A stretch of 63,667 nucleotides of DNA, counting the filler, from Octopus bimaculoides (Eukaryota): the NCBI RefSeq assembly GCF_001194135.2. It is 9 parts of 9 records of this genome, joined end to end, with 100 filler letters (N's around TTAATTAATTAA, not from the genome) between each part and the next. Parts side by side here need not be neighbours in the genome. Positions count along the whole stretch, not along the records: positions 1 to 16,417 come from NC_068988.1; 8 more parts are not named here. One strand, given 5' to 3'. The position numbers and the translations under genes are program-made. The notes under the pieces were generated by a model that was not told where the DNA came from, searched no databases, and was given only the letters and a program-made list of their open reading frames with translations. This document shows, piece after piece, positions 1 to 12,530 of this stretch; positions within the stretch are counted from its first letter, which is position 1, and each line of letters opens with the position of its first letter.

Positions 1-45
<45 letters not shown>

Positions 46-489
46 TACAGGTTGTAGCAGAGAGGATATGTTTTTGAAATGGGTATTACTCAGCCCGAGA
101 GTAATGGTGCATCAATGACGACGGACACTACATGATGGATGTTGTTTTGCACACGTAATTTGACAAATGGTAATTCAATACAAACACATTTATGTCAAAA
201 AAATTTTGTAGCTAAAAGTAATGATTTTGTGATGGACACCCTATATTTCGCGATGGATATTTTTTTCCTTTCCAGATAAACAGGCGCACTATATATTCGT
301 TTTATACTTGTTTCTTATTGTTCTGAATTTATGTTTAATGTCTGGAAATATTTCGTCACAGATCCTGTAACCTTATGAGTGACTCTCCATCCCACGTGTC
401 TCCTCATTTTCTCTTGGAATGGAGAGCTGCTGAAGAGGTCACAGGAATTATGACGAAAGATTTTTAGACGAATATAAACCGCGTGTGTT

Positions 490-1262
490 TATTAGGCGAC
501 GAAAAAAAATGACTTTCACGAAGTCCACATATTTGATTATTCTATCGGAGAAAAAAGTAATCGGCTCGTTGGGAACTGCTTCCTGGAATTCTTCGTCCGA
601 TATAAATCGATGACTTCATAAAGGATGTTTCAAGGACCAAAGATGTGATTGACTGAAGAGTCAAAATCTGAAGTATATGCTGGTTGTTAGAACAAATCGA
701 AACCCAAATTTTCAATGGTTTCAACGATGTGGACATGCATTGAATTGTCATGCAGCAATGGCACTTGCTTTGACAATATACCTCAGCGTTTGGTGTTCAT
801 TTTCGGTTTCAATTTGTTGGTCAGAATTTCTTTGTAAACCTACACTCGTGACTAAACTTCCTTTCCAGCGAATGCTCCAGTGTAACCCCTTTTGTGTCTT
901 CAAAACGGTTAGCACCACATTTTCTTCGGAAGGGTGAGTCTACAATTTATTTTAAACTGTAAATTCCTGATTTTCCCACTCTATATTTTTCCTTTTGCAA
1001 TGTGACTACAAGTGATACATCCAGGTCCCATCTTCTGTGAATATTCTTTCTAAAAAAGCTTCACCTTCATCGTTGTAGTAGTCGAGTAAGCGTTGATATA
1101 TTTTCACATGCTTGCGATTATACATTTTGGTAAGCCTGTGCTTGTCCGATCATTTTCAATATTCTCGATCTAAGCGTTAGATAACTGTCCCTGCGATAAA
1201 TTTCAGCACCTGACACACGTGCAATACAGAGAATTCGCAACAATGATCTCTGCACCTCTTTG
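490..1262 (-). mobile_element. Decayed, internally deleted mariner (DD34D-type) transposase
   Basis: Minus-strand translation across frameshifts and stops: QRSLLRILCIARVSGAEIYRR (N-terminus), RLLDYYNDEGEAFLERIFTEDGTW (IVTGDETW region), ILTNKLKPKMNTKR*GILSKQVPLLHDN, LGFDLF*QPAYTSDFDSSVNHIFGP (HPPYSPDLAPSD-like), RFISDEEFQEAV. TIRs not resolved. Confidence 0.9.
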
Positions 1263-1792
1263 GGCACTAACAAAAAGAAAAAGAGAAAAAGAAATATCTG
1301 GGACTATGGAAGTCAAACATTGGTAACATAACTACGAATGTACCACAGTTTCGCATTGAACACAGTGTGGGGTCACAAAGAAGTTCGTTTTGTTTATTTT
1401 TTCTGTAAGAAATTGGTTTTGATATAAGAGAGCACTAAGTCGCAATATGTGTGGCAAAGAATATTGTTTTTCACCCTAACATTCCACTAATAATTAAAGA
1501 GTTACTTATCGTTTACACATCGATCCAAAGAAAATAAACATACGTAAAGGTGACAGAGTTTGAAGTCGGAACTCCGGGAACAAGTAGAAATATCGGAAAG
1601 TATTCTATCAAGGACGATACCGGTAAGATGCTATATATATCATGAACGTCAAACATATCATACATAAAAAGGATCACGCCCCAACACACACGCACGCGCG
1701 CGGGCGGACACACGCTTGCACACACACTTACATCCAGGCACACACACACCCAATTGTATATAAAATTTTGCGTATAGTGACATTGTTTTGGG

Positions 1793-1829
1793 AGAAATAA
1801 CCGGTTTCGCATTTTCTTTTCAAATTTCT
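1793..1829 (-). ncRNA. Degenerate minimal type I hammerhead motif in the PLE 3' region
   Basis: Minus: AGAAAT-TTGAAAA-GAAAATGC-GAAA-CCGG-TT-ATTTCT. Perfect 6-bp stem I and palindromic stem III (AACCGGTT), but the core is mutated from CTGAAGA. Confidence 0.45.
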
Positions 1830-2735
1830 TAAATTTCTTTACCCATGTTGTGTTATGTATACGTTATGGTGTGACGCAGAAGAGTTTGACACAGAGGGAG
1901 GTAACCAGGGATTTTTTCGGTATAAGGGAGGTAAGGTCTTGTTAATTAGGTTTTGTTAATTTAATATGATTTGGTTTTGATAGAATAAAACATAAGAAAT
2001 GGTTAAGTTTTGATTTATATTTTTTAATGAGGTAAGTTTACTTATTTAAAAATGCTAAAAATAATTAAGTTTTCGCTTATATTTTCAATGAAGTAGGTTT
2101 CCTTGATTAATCTAACTTGTGTTGGTGCTCCAAGAGCACATTGATAAAACGGAAAGCTTACAAATTCTGGTAGCAGTTGTTTTGCGATATGTCAATGTGT
2201 TCACTAAAAGGTATCATTTTGTATTCTGTGAATGCAATCTGATGTCGGTGCAGAGTGCATCGGCGTCTGAGCGTTAATGCCGTGGAGCCTATTTAGTTTT
2301 AGCGGCATCCCGAGCATCTTATAACATAAATCAGGTTTTCCGAAGCACAATTAAAATCAGATTTGATTTTGAATTTTTGTGCGTCTTTCAAAATGAAATT
2401 GTGATCCTTCTAGAATGTTGGGGCATGCTGCGAAATTTAGTCGAACACATTTTTTCACTTTTGCGTCTGTTATTTCAGAAAATAATTTTGCCTTTATGAC
2501 GATCATCTTCTTTAATGACTTCAGCTATTTGTGGTGTTTAATGATCTTATGTGTGTGTAAAATTTCCTTTAATTTGGGGTCCCTATGTAGCATTGGTAGA
2601 TTTTGGGTGACGATGGTGAGGCTCCTTTGTTTCTGAGATTGTAAGTGGATAAGTACAGCAGTATTTTCGGGGAAGGTGTGATGCTGTGTTGAACTTGTGT
2701 TTCGTTTATTATCTATCCAGCCACGTGCTATCACA
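1793..2735 (-). mobile_element. Penelope-like element 3' part: GIY-YIG endonuclease pseudogene plus 3' pLTR region
   Basis: Minus strand: QNLPMLHRDPKLKEIL...VKKCVRLNFAACPNILEG...KIKSDFNCASENLIYVIRCSGCR*N*IGSTALTLRRRCTLHRHQI. This is the CxxC-LIY-CxxC-YIG layout of PLE endonucleases, with stops and frameshifts. Confidence 0.85.
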
Positions 2736-3549
2736 TACCAACTATCTCACACCTCTCTCTCTCTCTCTCTCTCTCTCTGTATATATATATATATGTATAT
2801 ATANNNNNNNNNNNNNNNNNNNNNNNNNNNNNNNNNNNNNNNNNNNNNNNNNNNNNNNNNNNNNNNNNNNNNNNNNNNNNNNNNNNNNNNNNNNNNNNNN
2901 NNNNNNNNNNNNNNNNNNNNNNNNNNNNNNNNNNNNNNNNNNNNNNNNNNNNNNNNNNNNNNNNNNNNNNNNNNNNNNNNNNNNNNNNNNNNNNNNNNNN
3001 NNNNNNNNNNNNNNNNNNNNNNNNNNNNNNNNNNNNNNNNNNNNNNNNNNNNNNNNNNNNNNNNNNNNNNNNNNNNNNNNNNNNNNNNNNNNNNNNNNNN
3101 NNNNNNNNNNNNNNNNNNNNNNNNNNNNNNNNNNNNNNNNNNNNNNNNNNNNNNNNNNNNNNNNNNNNNNNNNNNNNNNNNNNNNNNNNNNNNNNNNNNN
3201 NNNNNNNNNNNNNNNNNNNNNNNNNNNNNNNNNNNNNNNNNNNNNNNNNNNNNNNNNNNNNNNNNNNNNNNNNNNNNNNNNNNNNNNNNNNNNNNNNNNN
3301 NNNNNNNNNNNNNNNNNNNNNNNNNNNNNNNNNNNNNNNNNNNNNNNNNNNNNNNNNNNNNNNNNNNNNNNNNNNNNNNNNNNNNNNNNNNNNNNNNNNN
3401 NNNNNNNNNNNNNNNNNNNNNNNNNNNNNNNNNNNNNNNNNNNNNNNNNNNNNNNNNNNNNNNNNNNNNATATAAATGAATACACACACATATATAGATA
3501 GACAGATATATTGGTAGATAGATAGATAGACAGACAGACAGATAGATAT

Positions 3550-3582
<33 letters not shown>

Positions 3583-5290
3583 CAAACAGATATAAATATA
3601 TGTATACATATGTATAAGTATGCAAATACACTCATTTATATATATGTATATGTACACACATATATACCAACTCTAATCATTCAGTCAACTATGATGCAAC
3701 TCAACCCGTCTTCGTGATGAGCGATATGTCTATTACAGCCCCGGGGTGGGTTTAATGAAATATTTAATGAGAACTAGGTTAGATAATGTACAGAGCGTGC
3801 TTTTTAGTTTTGTTGCCGAAGCTGAAGAAGAGATAGTAGTAGTAGTATTTGTTGCTTCCACTGTTGTTATTGCTGATGTTGTTTCTTTGTTCCTATTGCT
3901 TGTTGTTGTTAGTTTGTACTTTCTGAAACATTCTACATGTTAACGACGTATTGATTTTGATCTCAGTAAACAATAATCAATAGAATAGAAACCAGAAGGC
4001 AGAAAATTCGATAATTGATCTCCAATGGTTCCTACACATCTTTATGTTAGTATATACATGCATACTAGCGCACATACTTACATACGTCATCCGTATATTT
4101 GGTATAAGTATACATTTATACATACGCATACATATATATATATGTATATATGNNNNNNNNNNNNNNNNNNNNNNNNNNNNNNNNNNNNNNNNNNNNNNNN
4201 NNNNNNNNNNNNNNNNNNNNNNNNNNNNNNNNNNNNNNNNNNNNNNNNNNNNNNNNNNNNNNNNNNNNNNNNNNNNNNNNNNNNNNNNNNNNNNNNNNNN
4301 NNNNNNNNNNNNNNNNNNNNNNNNNNNNNNNNNNNNNNNNNNNNNNNNNNNNNNNNNNNNNNNNNNNNNNNNNNNNNNNNNNNNNNNNNNNNNNNNNNNN
4401 NNNNNNNNNNNNNNNNNNNNNNNNNNNNNNNNNNNNNNNNNNNNNNNNNNNNNNNNNNNNNNNNNNNNNNNNNNNNNNNNNNNNNNNNNNNNNNNNNNNN
4501 NNNNNNNNNNNNNNNNNNNNNNNNNNNNNNNNNNNNNNNNNNNNNNNNNNNNNNNNNNNNNNNNNNNNNNNNNNNNNNNNNNNNNNNNNNNNNNNNNNNN
4601 NNNNNNNNNNNNNNNNNNNNNNNNNNNNNNNNNNNNNNNNNNNNNNNNNNNNNNNNNNNNNNNNNNNNNNNNNNNNNNNNNNNNNNNNNNNNNNNNNNNN
4701 NNNNNNNNNNNNNNNNNNNNNNNNNNNNNNNNNNNNNNNNNNNNNNNNNNNNNNNNNNNNNNNNNNNNNNNNNNNNNNNNNNNNNNNNNNNNNNNNNNNN
4801 NNNNNNNNNNNNNNNNNNNNNNNNNNNNNNNNNNNNNNNNNNNNNNNNNNNNNNNNNNNNNNNNNNNNNNATATTTGGTATAAGTATACATTTATACATA
4901 CGCATACATATATATATATGTATATATGCAATTTCAGCTTATACCTATCATCACCATAGACGCACTGGTTATTTTATAACAAAAAGAAGCGTCAATCAAC
5001 GTTTCAGTGCATTTCTGTGCAAGTAAATAACTAGGCGTTCGTGATCTCGTGCATCAAAAGTAATACACACACAAACGCGCGCACACTCACACACACAGAC
5101 ACACACACATACACACACACATACACACACACACACGCACGTACACACACATGCACATATACACAAGCGCTTATAAAAATGTCTGTGCATGTATAGCTGC
5201 TTCATTATTGGTTGTTTTCTACACTGCAAAGGAGAGAAGTATCTTGCTATGCATCTATTCTATTTTCCTCGTTAACGAATTAAATGAATT

Positions 5291-5490
5291 TGTTTATGTC
5301 ATTTGATTGCGGCCACGCTGGAGCCTTTAGTCTTTAGTCGAACAAATTGACCCCAAGTCTTATTCTTTGTAAGCCTAGTACGTATTCTGTTAGTTTCTTT
5401 TGCCGAACCGCTAGTTTACGGGGACGGGAACACGCCAACATCGGTTGTCAAGCGTTGGTGGGGTGGGGTGGGGGTCAAACACTGACACAA

Positions 5491-5530
<40 letters not shown>

Positions 5531-5680
5531 GACGGGCTTCTTTCAGTTTCCGCCTACCAAATCTACTCAAAAGGCTTTGGTCAGCCCGATGCTATAGCTG
5601 AAGACACTTACCCAAGGTGCCACGCAGTGGGACTGAACCCGGAACCATGTGGTTGGTAAGCAAGCTACTTTAACAGACAG
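5291..5680 (-). mobile_element. tRNA-derived SINE, family A (head GGCTGTGTGGTAAGTAGCTTGC..., tail ...AAATGACTGAAACAAGTAAAAGA)
   Basis: Reverse complement of the copies at 28000-28374 and 33642-34163; internal (CA)n tract. Confidence 0.9.
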
Positions 5681-5971
5681 TCTGTTAAAGTCAGTCATAC
5701 CGGCCATGACGAAAGGAAATAGCCCTGAAACTCGAGTCGCCTTTATATACTTATATTTATATATTTGATCCTTTATATTGAACACTCAATATTTCATCTA
5801 CATTCAATACTTTATTTCATGGTGCCATCCATTTTTATTTTATTTTATTTTATATTATATAATGTATATTATATTATATATTGTATATTCCATATTCTAT
5901 ACCCCACATTGGTTCTGCAGGAATATAAATAAAACATAAAAAACAGACAGTGTTGGAACTCTTTTAAACAA

Positions 5972-5980
<9 letters not shown>
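5678..5980 (+). mobile_element. Non-coding ~300 bp PLE-derived, retrozyme-like element, copy 1
   Basis: Aligns along its length with the reverse complement of 53251-53555; abuts (TA)n; carries an HHR motif; no ORF. Confidence 0.75.
5701..5741 (+). ncRNA. Minimal type I hammerhead ribozyme candidate
   Basis: GGC-CATGACGA-A-AGG(AAATAGC)CCT-GAAA-CTCGAG-TC|GCC. Stem I GGC/GCC, stem II AGG/CCT, palindromic stem III ACTCGAGT, GUC triplet ending at 5738. Confidence 0.65.
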
Positions 5981-6013
<33 letters not shown>

Positions 6014-6113
6014 NNNNNNNNNNNNNNNNNNNNNNNNNNNNNNNNNNNNNNNNNNNNNNNNNNNNNNNNNNNNNNNNNNNNNNNNNNNNNNNNNNNNNNN
6101 NNNNNNNNNNNNN

Positions 6114-6177
<64 letters not shown>

Positions 6178-7004
6178 TGAGAGTGTGATAGAGAGAGATT
6201 GAGAGAAGGAGAGAGCAAGTTATTTGAGTCAAGTAGATGCATTTTACGCCTACGTTCATTATTTCGTTAGAGAGTTACAAACTAAATTTAAATTAACGTT
6301 AATTTGTAGGATTTGATTGAAGTTAATTTCATTCCCCACCGGAACACTCATAGTTCTTAAAGTAAACCATCTCTTTTGTTTGCTTTGCGAAAGTAAAGAA
6401 ATTTCTGAACTCTTGTTGCTACAAATGTAATTTCTAAGTACGAGACTTGTGAGAATATTATTTAACCAAATGCTGTTATTAACCATCTTTGAGCGTGCTT
6501 GTGGGTGGGTCAAGAATCTTTGGTTCTAGTTTTTGTAAAAGTTTAATATGGATTTCAATTGTTTGTTTAAATCTTGCTAGGGGTCTGATATGAGGTAACT
6601 ATATAGTTTGTTAAGTTCTTATCTTCAAAGACAACGGGTTTCTCCCAGTTTGCGTCAACTAAATCCTCTCAAAAGGTCTTGCTCGATCCGAGACTATAAT
6701 AAAAGACACTTGCCCAAGTTTCCAAGCAGAAGAACTGGACAAGAAACCGTGTATTTGGGATGCAAGCTTCTTATCACAAAGTGTCGCCTGCACATGTACA
6801 AATATATTTACATAAGTATGTATGTATATATCTACACATATGTACACGCACACATACGGGCATAAAAATCAGCATTGGTTGGAACTGCAAGAATTCTTCG
6901 CAGCGTTTTTGAAGCATGACTAGTAAACAAGTGTCACCTTAGTCTGCTGGCTGTGGACACCTGACACTTTCCATCATACCCAGCAAAATAAGCTGTGAGT
7001 TTTC

Positions 7005-7072
<68 letters not shown>

Positions 7073-7885
7073 GTTATTATTATTATTATTATGATTATGA
7101 CGAAGTAGCACATTTAATTCACATTTATATATAATTACAGCCTGAAGTAAGTCCACATATGTTTCGACTATATCGGTTAGTAACCGTTGCAAGTGCAACT
7201 TTACTATGATAGCTTTATTATGGTCTTCTCTGTAATATTCTTTCAGATTTAACTAGTTAAACTTTTTTGTCGATTTTAGTTGAGTGAAGTTGTACGTCAA
7301 TTCAGACGCGAACTATTTTCAATTTCAAGTATCGTCAGCTATTTCAAAGAATTTCGATGTTTAAATATTTATAACTTATTTATGTTGAGCAAAGGTAAAT
7401 TTTCTCATACGCAAGCATATTACAGCAGTCGTGCACCTCCACTTTCCTTCAACTGGCAAACATACTCACGTTCACGTTTCATTATTAGGACAGATTTACG
7501 AAATTTCGTCATAGACGCAAAAATAAGTCACGACTATTTTGTTTTAATTGTGTTCCAAATCTTCTCTCCCGTTCACACATCCTAAACCAGGGCTCCAAGC
7601 TCACTTAAAAATCATTGCGTTTACGTCATAGATTTCTCTAGAGAACTCACCAACGCTTTTAACTATTTGACAGTTCGTTTCAACATTCTCATTAACATTC
7701 TCAGGCCAATGTACTTTAGACACCTCAGTCAACTGTTTTGGCATCACTGGTGCAATAGACTCCAACGTGGAAATCGGGAACTCTTTTTTCCTCAAGACCA
7801 CCGAATCTATTTTTCTTTCTTTCTTTCTTTCTGTCAGGTTGTCTATTTATCTATCTTCCTATCTCCTGTCTGTCTGTCTCTCTGT

Positions 7886-7942
<57 letters not shown>

Positions 7943-8209
7943 AATGTATCTATCTTTTAAGGTAGAAAAAAGATAGAGTAAGAACTTCGTAATACGTAGA
8001 AAATTTTCGTCGCTTCATTCCTTAATTCAAATTCAAACTTCTAATTTCACCTAATGTTGTGTTGGTAGTGGTGGTAATGGTGGGGGCCGATAATTATCAC
8101 CGTTGTGTGAATTACTCCCAGGACAAAACCATGTATATTTTAAAAGTTATAGCTGTGATTTCAACAGGACCAACACTAAAATTCTAACTATGTTCAACTT
8201 GATTGTGCT

Positions 8210-8245
<36 letters not shown>

Positions 8246-8920
8246 CGTTCGCGTATACACGTGAAGAATTAAGAGTAAGAAATAGCAGCTTGAAACAAAT
8301 GTCTACACCTCGAAGAATGTATCGGCTTGGGGAATGTAGCTCAAACAGAAATTATTGGCTACTATAAGACGCTTTCCCATGGTAAAATTACCCTGGGAAA
8401 GAAACTTATTCCAAACGAAAGCAAAGAGTACGATCTCTCTTTTCACTAGATCTTTAAAAGACTAATGTTCTCTAATGCAACAAAATAAAAATAATGCGCA
8501 TATTAGAAATATCTACCAGATGGCAATTTCATTTTTAATGAAACATCTCAGAACGTAAGATGTCTACTTAATACGCCATATGCTGATAATTTGTAAAAAG
8601 AATGAAATAGTGATATACATGAGTACCACAGACTAGATATTTTAGGAACTTAGTTATATAAAAAAAGCAATAGTAGAATAAATGGAATTTGTCATGCGAC
8701 ATTTTCCTCGTAATTCTTTAATTGCACAATAAAAATTCTAATTCTGACTCGTGTGGTGAGGAGATAATTATGTCCTTTACGTTAACTACGTCCACAAGAG
8801 AAACCACATTCGTAATATATAATACATTATAAATACAATATATACATACATATATATATATATTCAGGCATATAAGTGTGTGTGCTTATATACGCTGGTA
8901 TGTGCGTGTGTTTATATATG

Positions 8921-8955
<35 letters not shown>

Positions 8956-9499
8956 NNNNNNNNNNNNNNNNNNNNNNNNNNNNNNNNNNNNNNNNNNNNN
9001 NNNNNNNNNNNNNNNNNNNNNNNNNNNNNNNNNNNNNNNNNNNNNNNNNNNNNNNNNNNNNNNNNNNNNNNNNNNNNNNNNNNNNNNNNNNNNNNNNNNN
9101 NNNNNNNNNNNNNNNNNNNNNNNNNNNNNNNNNNNNNNNNNNNNNNNNNNNNNNNNNNNNNNNNNNNNNNNNNNNNNNNNNNNNNNNNNNNNNNNNNNNN
9201 NNNNNNNNNNNNNNNNNNNNNNNNNNNNNNNNNNNNNNNNNNNNNNNNNNNNNNNNNNNNNNNNNNNNNNNNNNNNNNNNNNNNNNNNNNNNNNNNNNNN
9301 NNNNNNNNNNNNNNNNNNNNNNNNNNNNNNNNNNNNNNNNNNNNNNNNNNNNNNNNNNNNNNNNNNNNNNNNNNNNNNNNNNNNNNNNNNNNNNNNNNNN
9401 NNNNNNNNNNNNNNNNNNNNNNNNNNNNNNNNNNNNNNNNNNNNNNNNNNNNNNNNNNNNNNNNNNNNNNNNNNNNNNNNNNNNNNNNNNNNNNNNNNN

Positions 9500-9740
9500 N
9501 AATGTAAGGCGGATTACAAGAAAACAGGCATGTAAATTAATGGTGCCTTACCCTGCATTCAATATTTCAGGGTTATAATCCCCTCTTCGGAAATAAGTTA
9601 GACCCGAGAGTTCACTGTGCACATAAGGGAAACACAGCACAACAGAAGCAGCCTTAGAATGTCCGAAGCCATATCAATACACCAACGGAAGCCGACTATG
9701 AACAACAGAAGAGGGTTATATGAAACTAGCTGGTTGCTAT
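9500..9740 (+). mobile_element. PLE endonuclease C-terminal fragment
   Basis: TREFTVHIRETQHNRSSLRMSEAISIHQRKPTMNNRR resembles the L-EA-I-KP-LN end of PLE ORFs. Confidence 0.45.
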
Positions 9741-9975
9741 AACTACAACCTTCTGTGCATGTCTACTCTCCACATACTCACACAAATCTACGTCTGCAAC
9801 ATTCGCTCATTACTTAGGAGGGTTACATTTGCAACATTCGCTAATTCCTCAAGAGGTGTCATAACCCTGGAATAGTGAATGTCAGGGTAAGTTACCATTA
9901 ATTCACATGTCTGTTTTCATGTGATTTGTCTTGGATTTATCTCGCATTGTTCTGGTCTTACTCACGAATTTTATA

Positions 9976-10055
<80 letters not shown>

Positions 10056-10124
10056 GTATAGTTCGAATTTACACAAAAAAAAGCAAAAGACGAAGAGAGG
10101 TTTGTAAACAACAAACAAGCGTAT

Positions 10125-10620
10125 TAGTTTAACACTCGGGAAGGTGAAAAAGTATTTTACGTTTCAAGTCGACGCCCTGCAACAGAAGGGAACACGAGAA
10201 AATAAACAAAGAGATAATAAAAAAGGCTTAAGTGGTTAGCGGTCAATCATAGCAATATATATGTACATATATATTTTAAATAAAAGGAGAAAATAAAGAC
10301 ATGACAGTTTGAAATTCCTAGGATATGTATAAAGAGAAAGGTAGTCTTACAAATGTTTCAGAGATATGAAGGATATCCTACCATCAGAAACGATATGAGA
10401 GATCTAAATAGAAAGAAATAAGTAGAGCAATTTCCTTGGATAATAGAACTGCAACTGTAACATCCAACATATATTTTTATTTTTTATTTTCAAATTTCCC
10501 TTTATACTTCCTATATCCGTTTCCAAAATAACTCTTTATATTGTACTCTACTATTTCCTTCTATTTAGCTCTATCATATTATCTCATATCACTGAAACAG
10601 CCGTAAGACACCCTTTCACT
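10125..10620 (-). mobile_element. Probable PLE pLTR-like remnant
   Basis: Minus strand has CTGTTGC-AGG...CTT-GAAACGTA, a decayed HHR-like layout, between microsatellites. Confidence 0.3.
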
Positions 10621-10810
10621 ATATAATTGTCCTAAAAGTTTCGCATTGCCTTGGTTTTGTTGTCTCCTTTTATTTAACATTTACATAGTCACACACGACC
10701 CACATTAGACTCCTCACTCATAATATTATCGAAGCTGGAGCTTGACTACGGTCCTTCTGTAGCATTTACGTAACCTTACCAGCCATTTTGGGTCTTCTGG
10801 ATACCAAAAC

Positions 10811-10864
<54 letters not shown>

Positions 10865-11216
10865 CATCTATATACAGCTATATACAGCTATATACATACG
10901 TACATACACATATAGATACATAAATAAATATACAGGAACATCCGTACACATGTGTATGTGTGTGTGTGTGTTCACACGTCTGTGCTAGTGTGTGTAGGTA
11001 TGAGTAATCGTTATTTCAATGTCGGTGTTTACTGGTATCTTTACATGTCACCATTGGAGTTCATCTGAAAAAGTGAACAATCTGTGAAGAAGAGCTTTTG
11101 TAGACTTTATTTTATCTGATAGTAAAGAGGAATAAACAAAATATGATATAAAAAGACTCAAGTGTTTTTGCGAGCACTCGCTCTCTCAGATCAAATAACA
11201 CGAATGCATGTATATG

Positions 11217-11292
<76 letters not shown>

Positions 11293-12379
11293 CAGCAGTA
11301 TATATTTATACACACAAACATATAAATATGTCCTATTCCACATTTTTCTACATTAATGCTGTTATATTTACACTGTTGTATAACATTTAACCCACGAAAT
11401 AATAAAACAATTTTTAATATGAAAACGCAAGCCGCATATGTGTGTGCGTGCGTGCGTGTGTATGTGTGTGTGCGCGTGTGTGCGTGTACGCGTGTCTGAG
11501 TGTGTAGGAATGTATTATTTTAATATATGTGTGTGTAAGTGTACATGTTTATATATTCTGCTGTACGTAATAGTTACAGAATATATTTCATACCACAAGA
11601 AATATTCGTATGGCCATTGACCTTTCATCTTTGATGTTAAAGCTACATATTGTTATCCTGTTCAAAATTTATCGTTGAGCCATATGTATCTAATATCTCA
11701 CATTCTCTACAACCCTACTCTTCTATCTTACACCCTGTATCTTTTCTCTGTCTTTTATTCCATTCTGCAAGTCACAATGAACCACTAATGGCATTGCCTA
11801 ACATATATCTCTGATTCTCTATGTGAGTGTGTGTGTGTGTGTATATATCTGTGATGTGTGTGTGTTTATCTACGTATATATATATGCATCCGTACTTATA
11901 TATATATATGTGAATATATGCTTGTATGTGTGTATATATTACTATTGTGTTATGGTGTATCTTCTACTTCTCCTTGGAAAGAAGAGAAAAACAAGAACGA
12001 TCATTTAGCCATTTATTCCAGAAATTTCTCTGAGAAAACATCACTGGCTAAAGACAGTTATGAACTTTTCTAGGTTAAAAACTGTGAATCAGTAATCAAT
12101 ATATTTTACCATTTGACTATCTTCTTTTCTTCTTTTCTTTCATTTATTTCTTTCCTTTCCTATATTCTTTCTTTGTTCGTTCCATCTTTCTGTTCTTTCA
12201 TGGCGTATTTATTTCTAGCTTTTTCTCTCATCTCTGTATGTTACTGTCAACTTAATGTCAATATTGATGGACGGTGAGATGAACGGACACATCTTTATTC
12301 AGTCAATTCCTATTGTACGTTTCCTGAACTGGGAGTGATATACATTTTGCGAGGTATGATGTGATAGTGTATTTGGGAA

Positions 12380-12530
12380 CCCAACCTATCAACTGCGTGG
12401 TTGCTGGTTCGAATCATTGAACAGGCTAGTGATGCTATTCTAAGTAATATAGCCACAAACAATAAAACTATATAATGCATCAACCTTAGATTGTGGGGGA
12501 CAATATCTTTTAACTCTGTCATAAAAAGGT
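12380..12530 (+). mobile_element. Possible Rex/Babar- or L2-type LINE 3' end remnant
   Basis: NRLVMLF*..*PQTIKLYNAS resembles the RL-P...SFLP-AI-LYN C-terminus of such LINEs; heavily decayed. Confidence 0.3.

Noticed and set aside
4085-4925. Direct repeat of about 60 bp on both sides of a gap
   Set aside because: Most likely overlapping contig ends rather than a real duplication.
7601-7801. Protein-like minus ORF ending at an AA|GTGAGC donor
   Set aside because: No pyrimidine-rich acceptor on that strand and no recognisable motif; cannot support it as an exon.
8372-8401. Hairpin CTTTCCCA-T-GGTAAAATTACC-C-TGGGAAAG
   Set aside because: Too short for a pre-miRNA, single copy, and compatible with chance.
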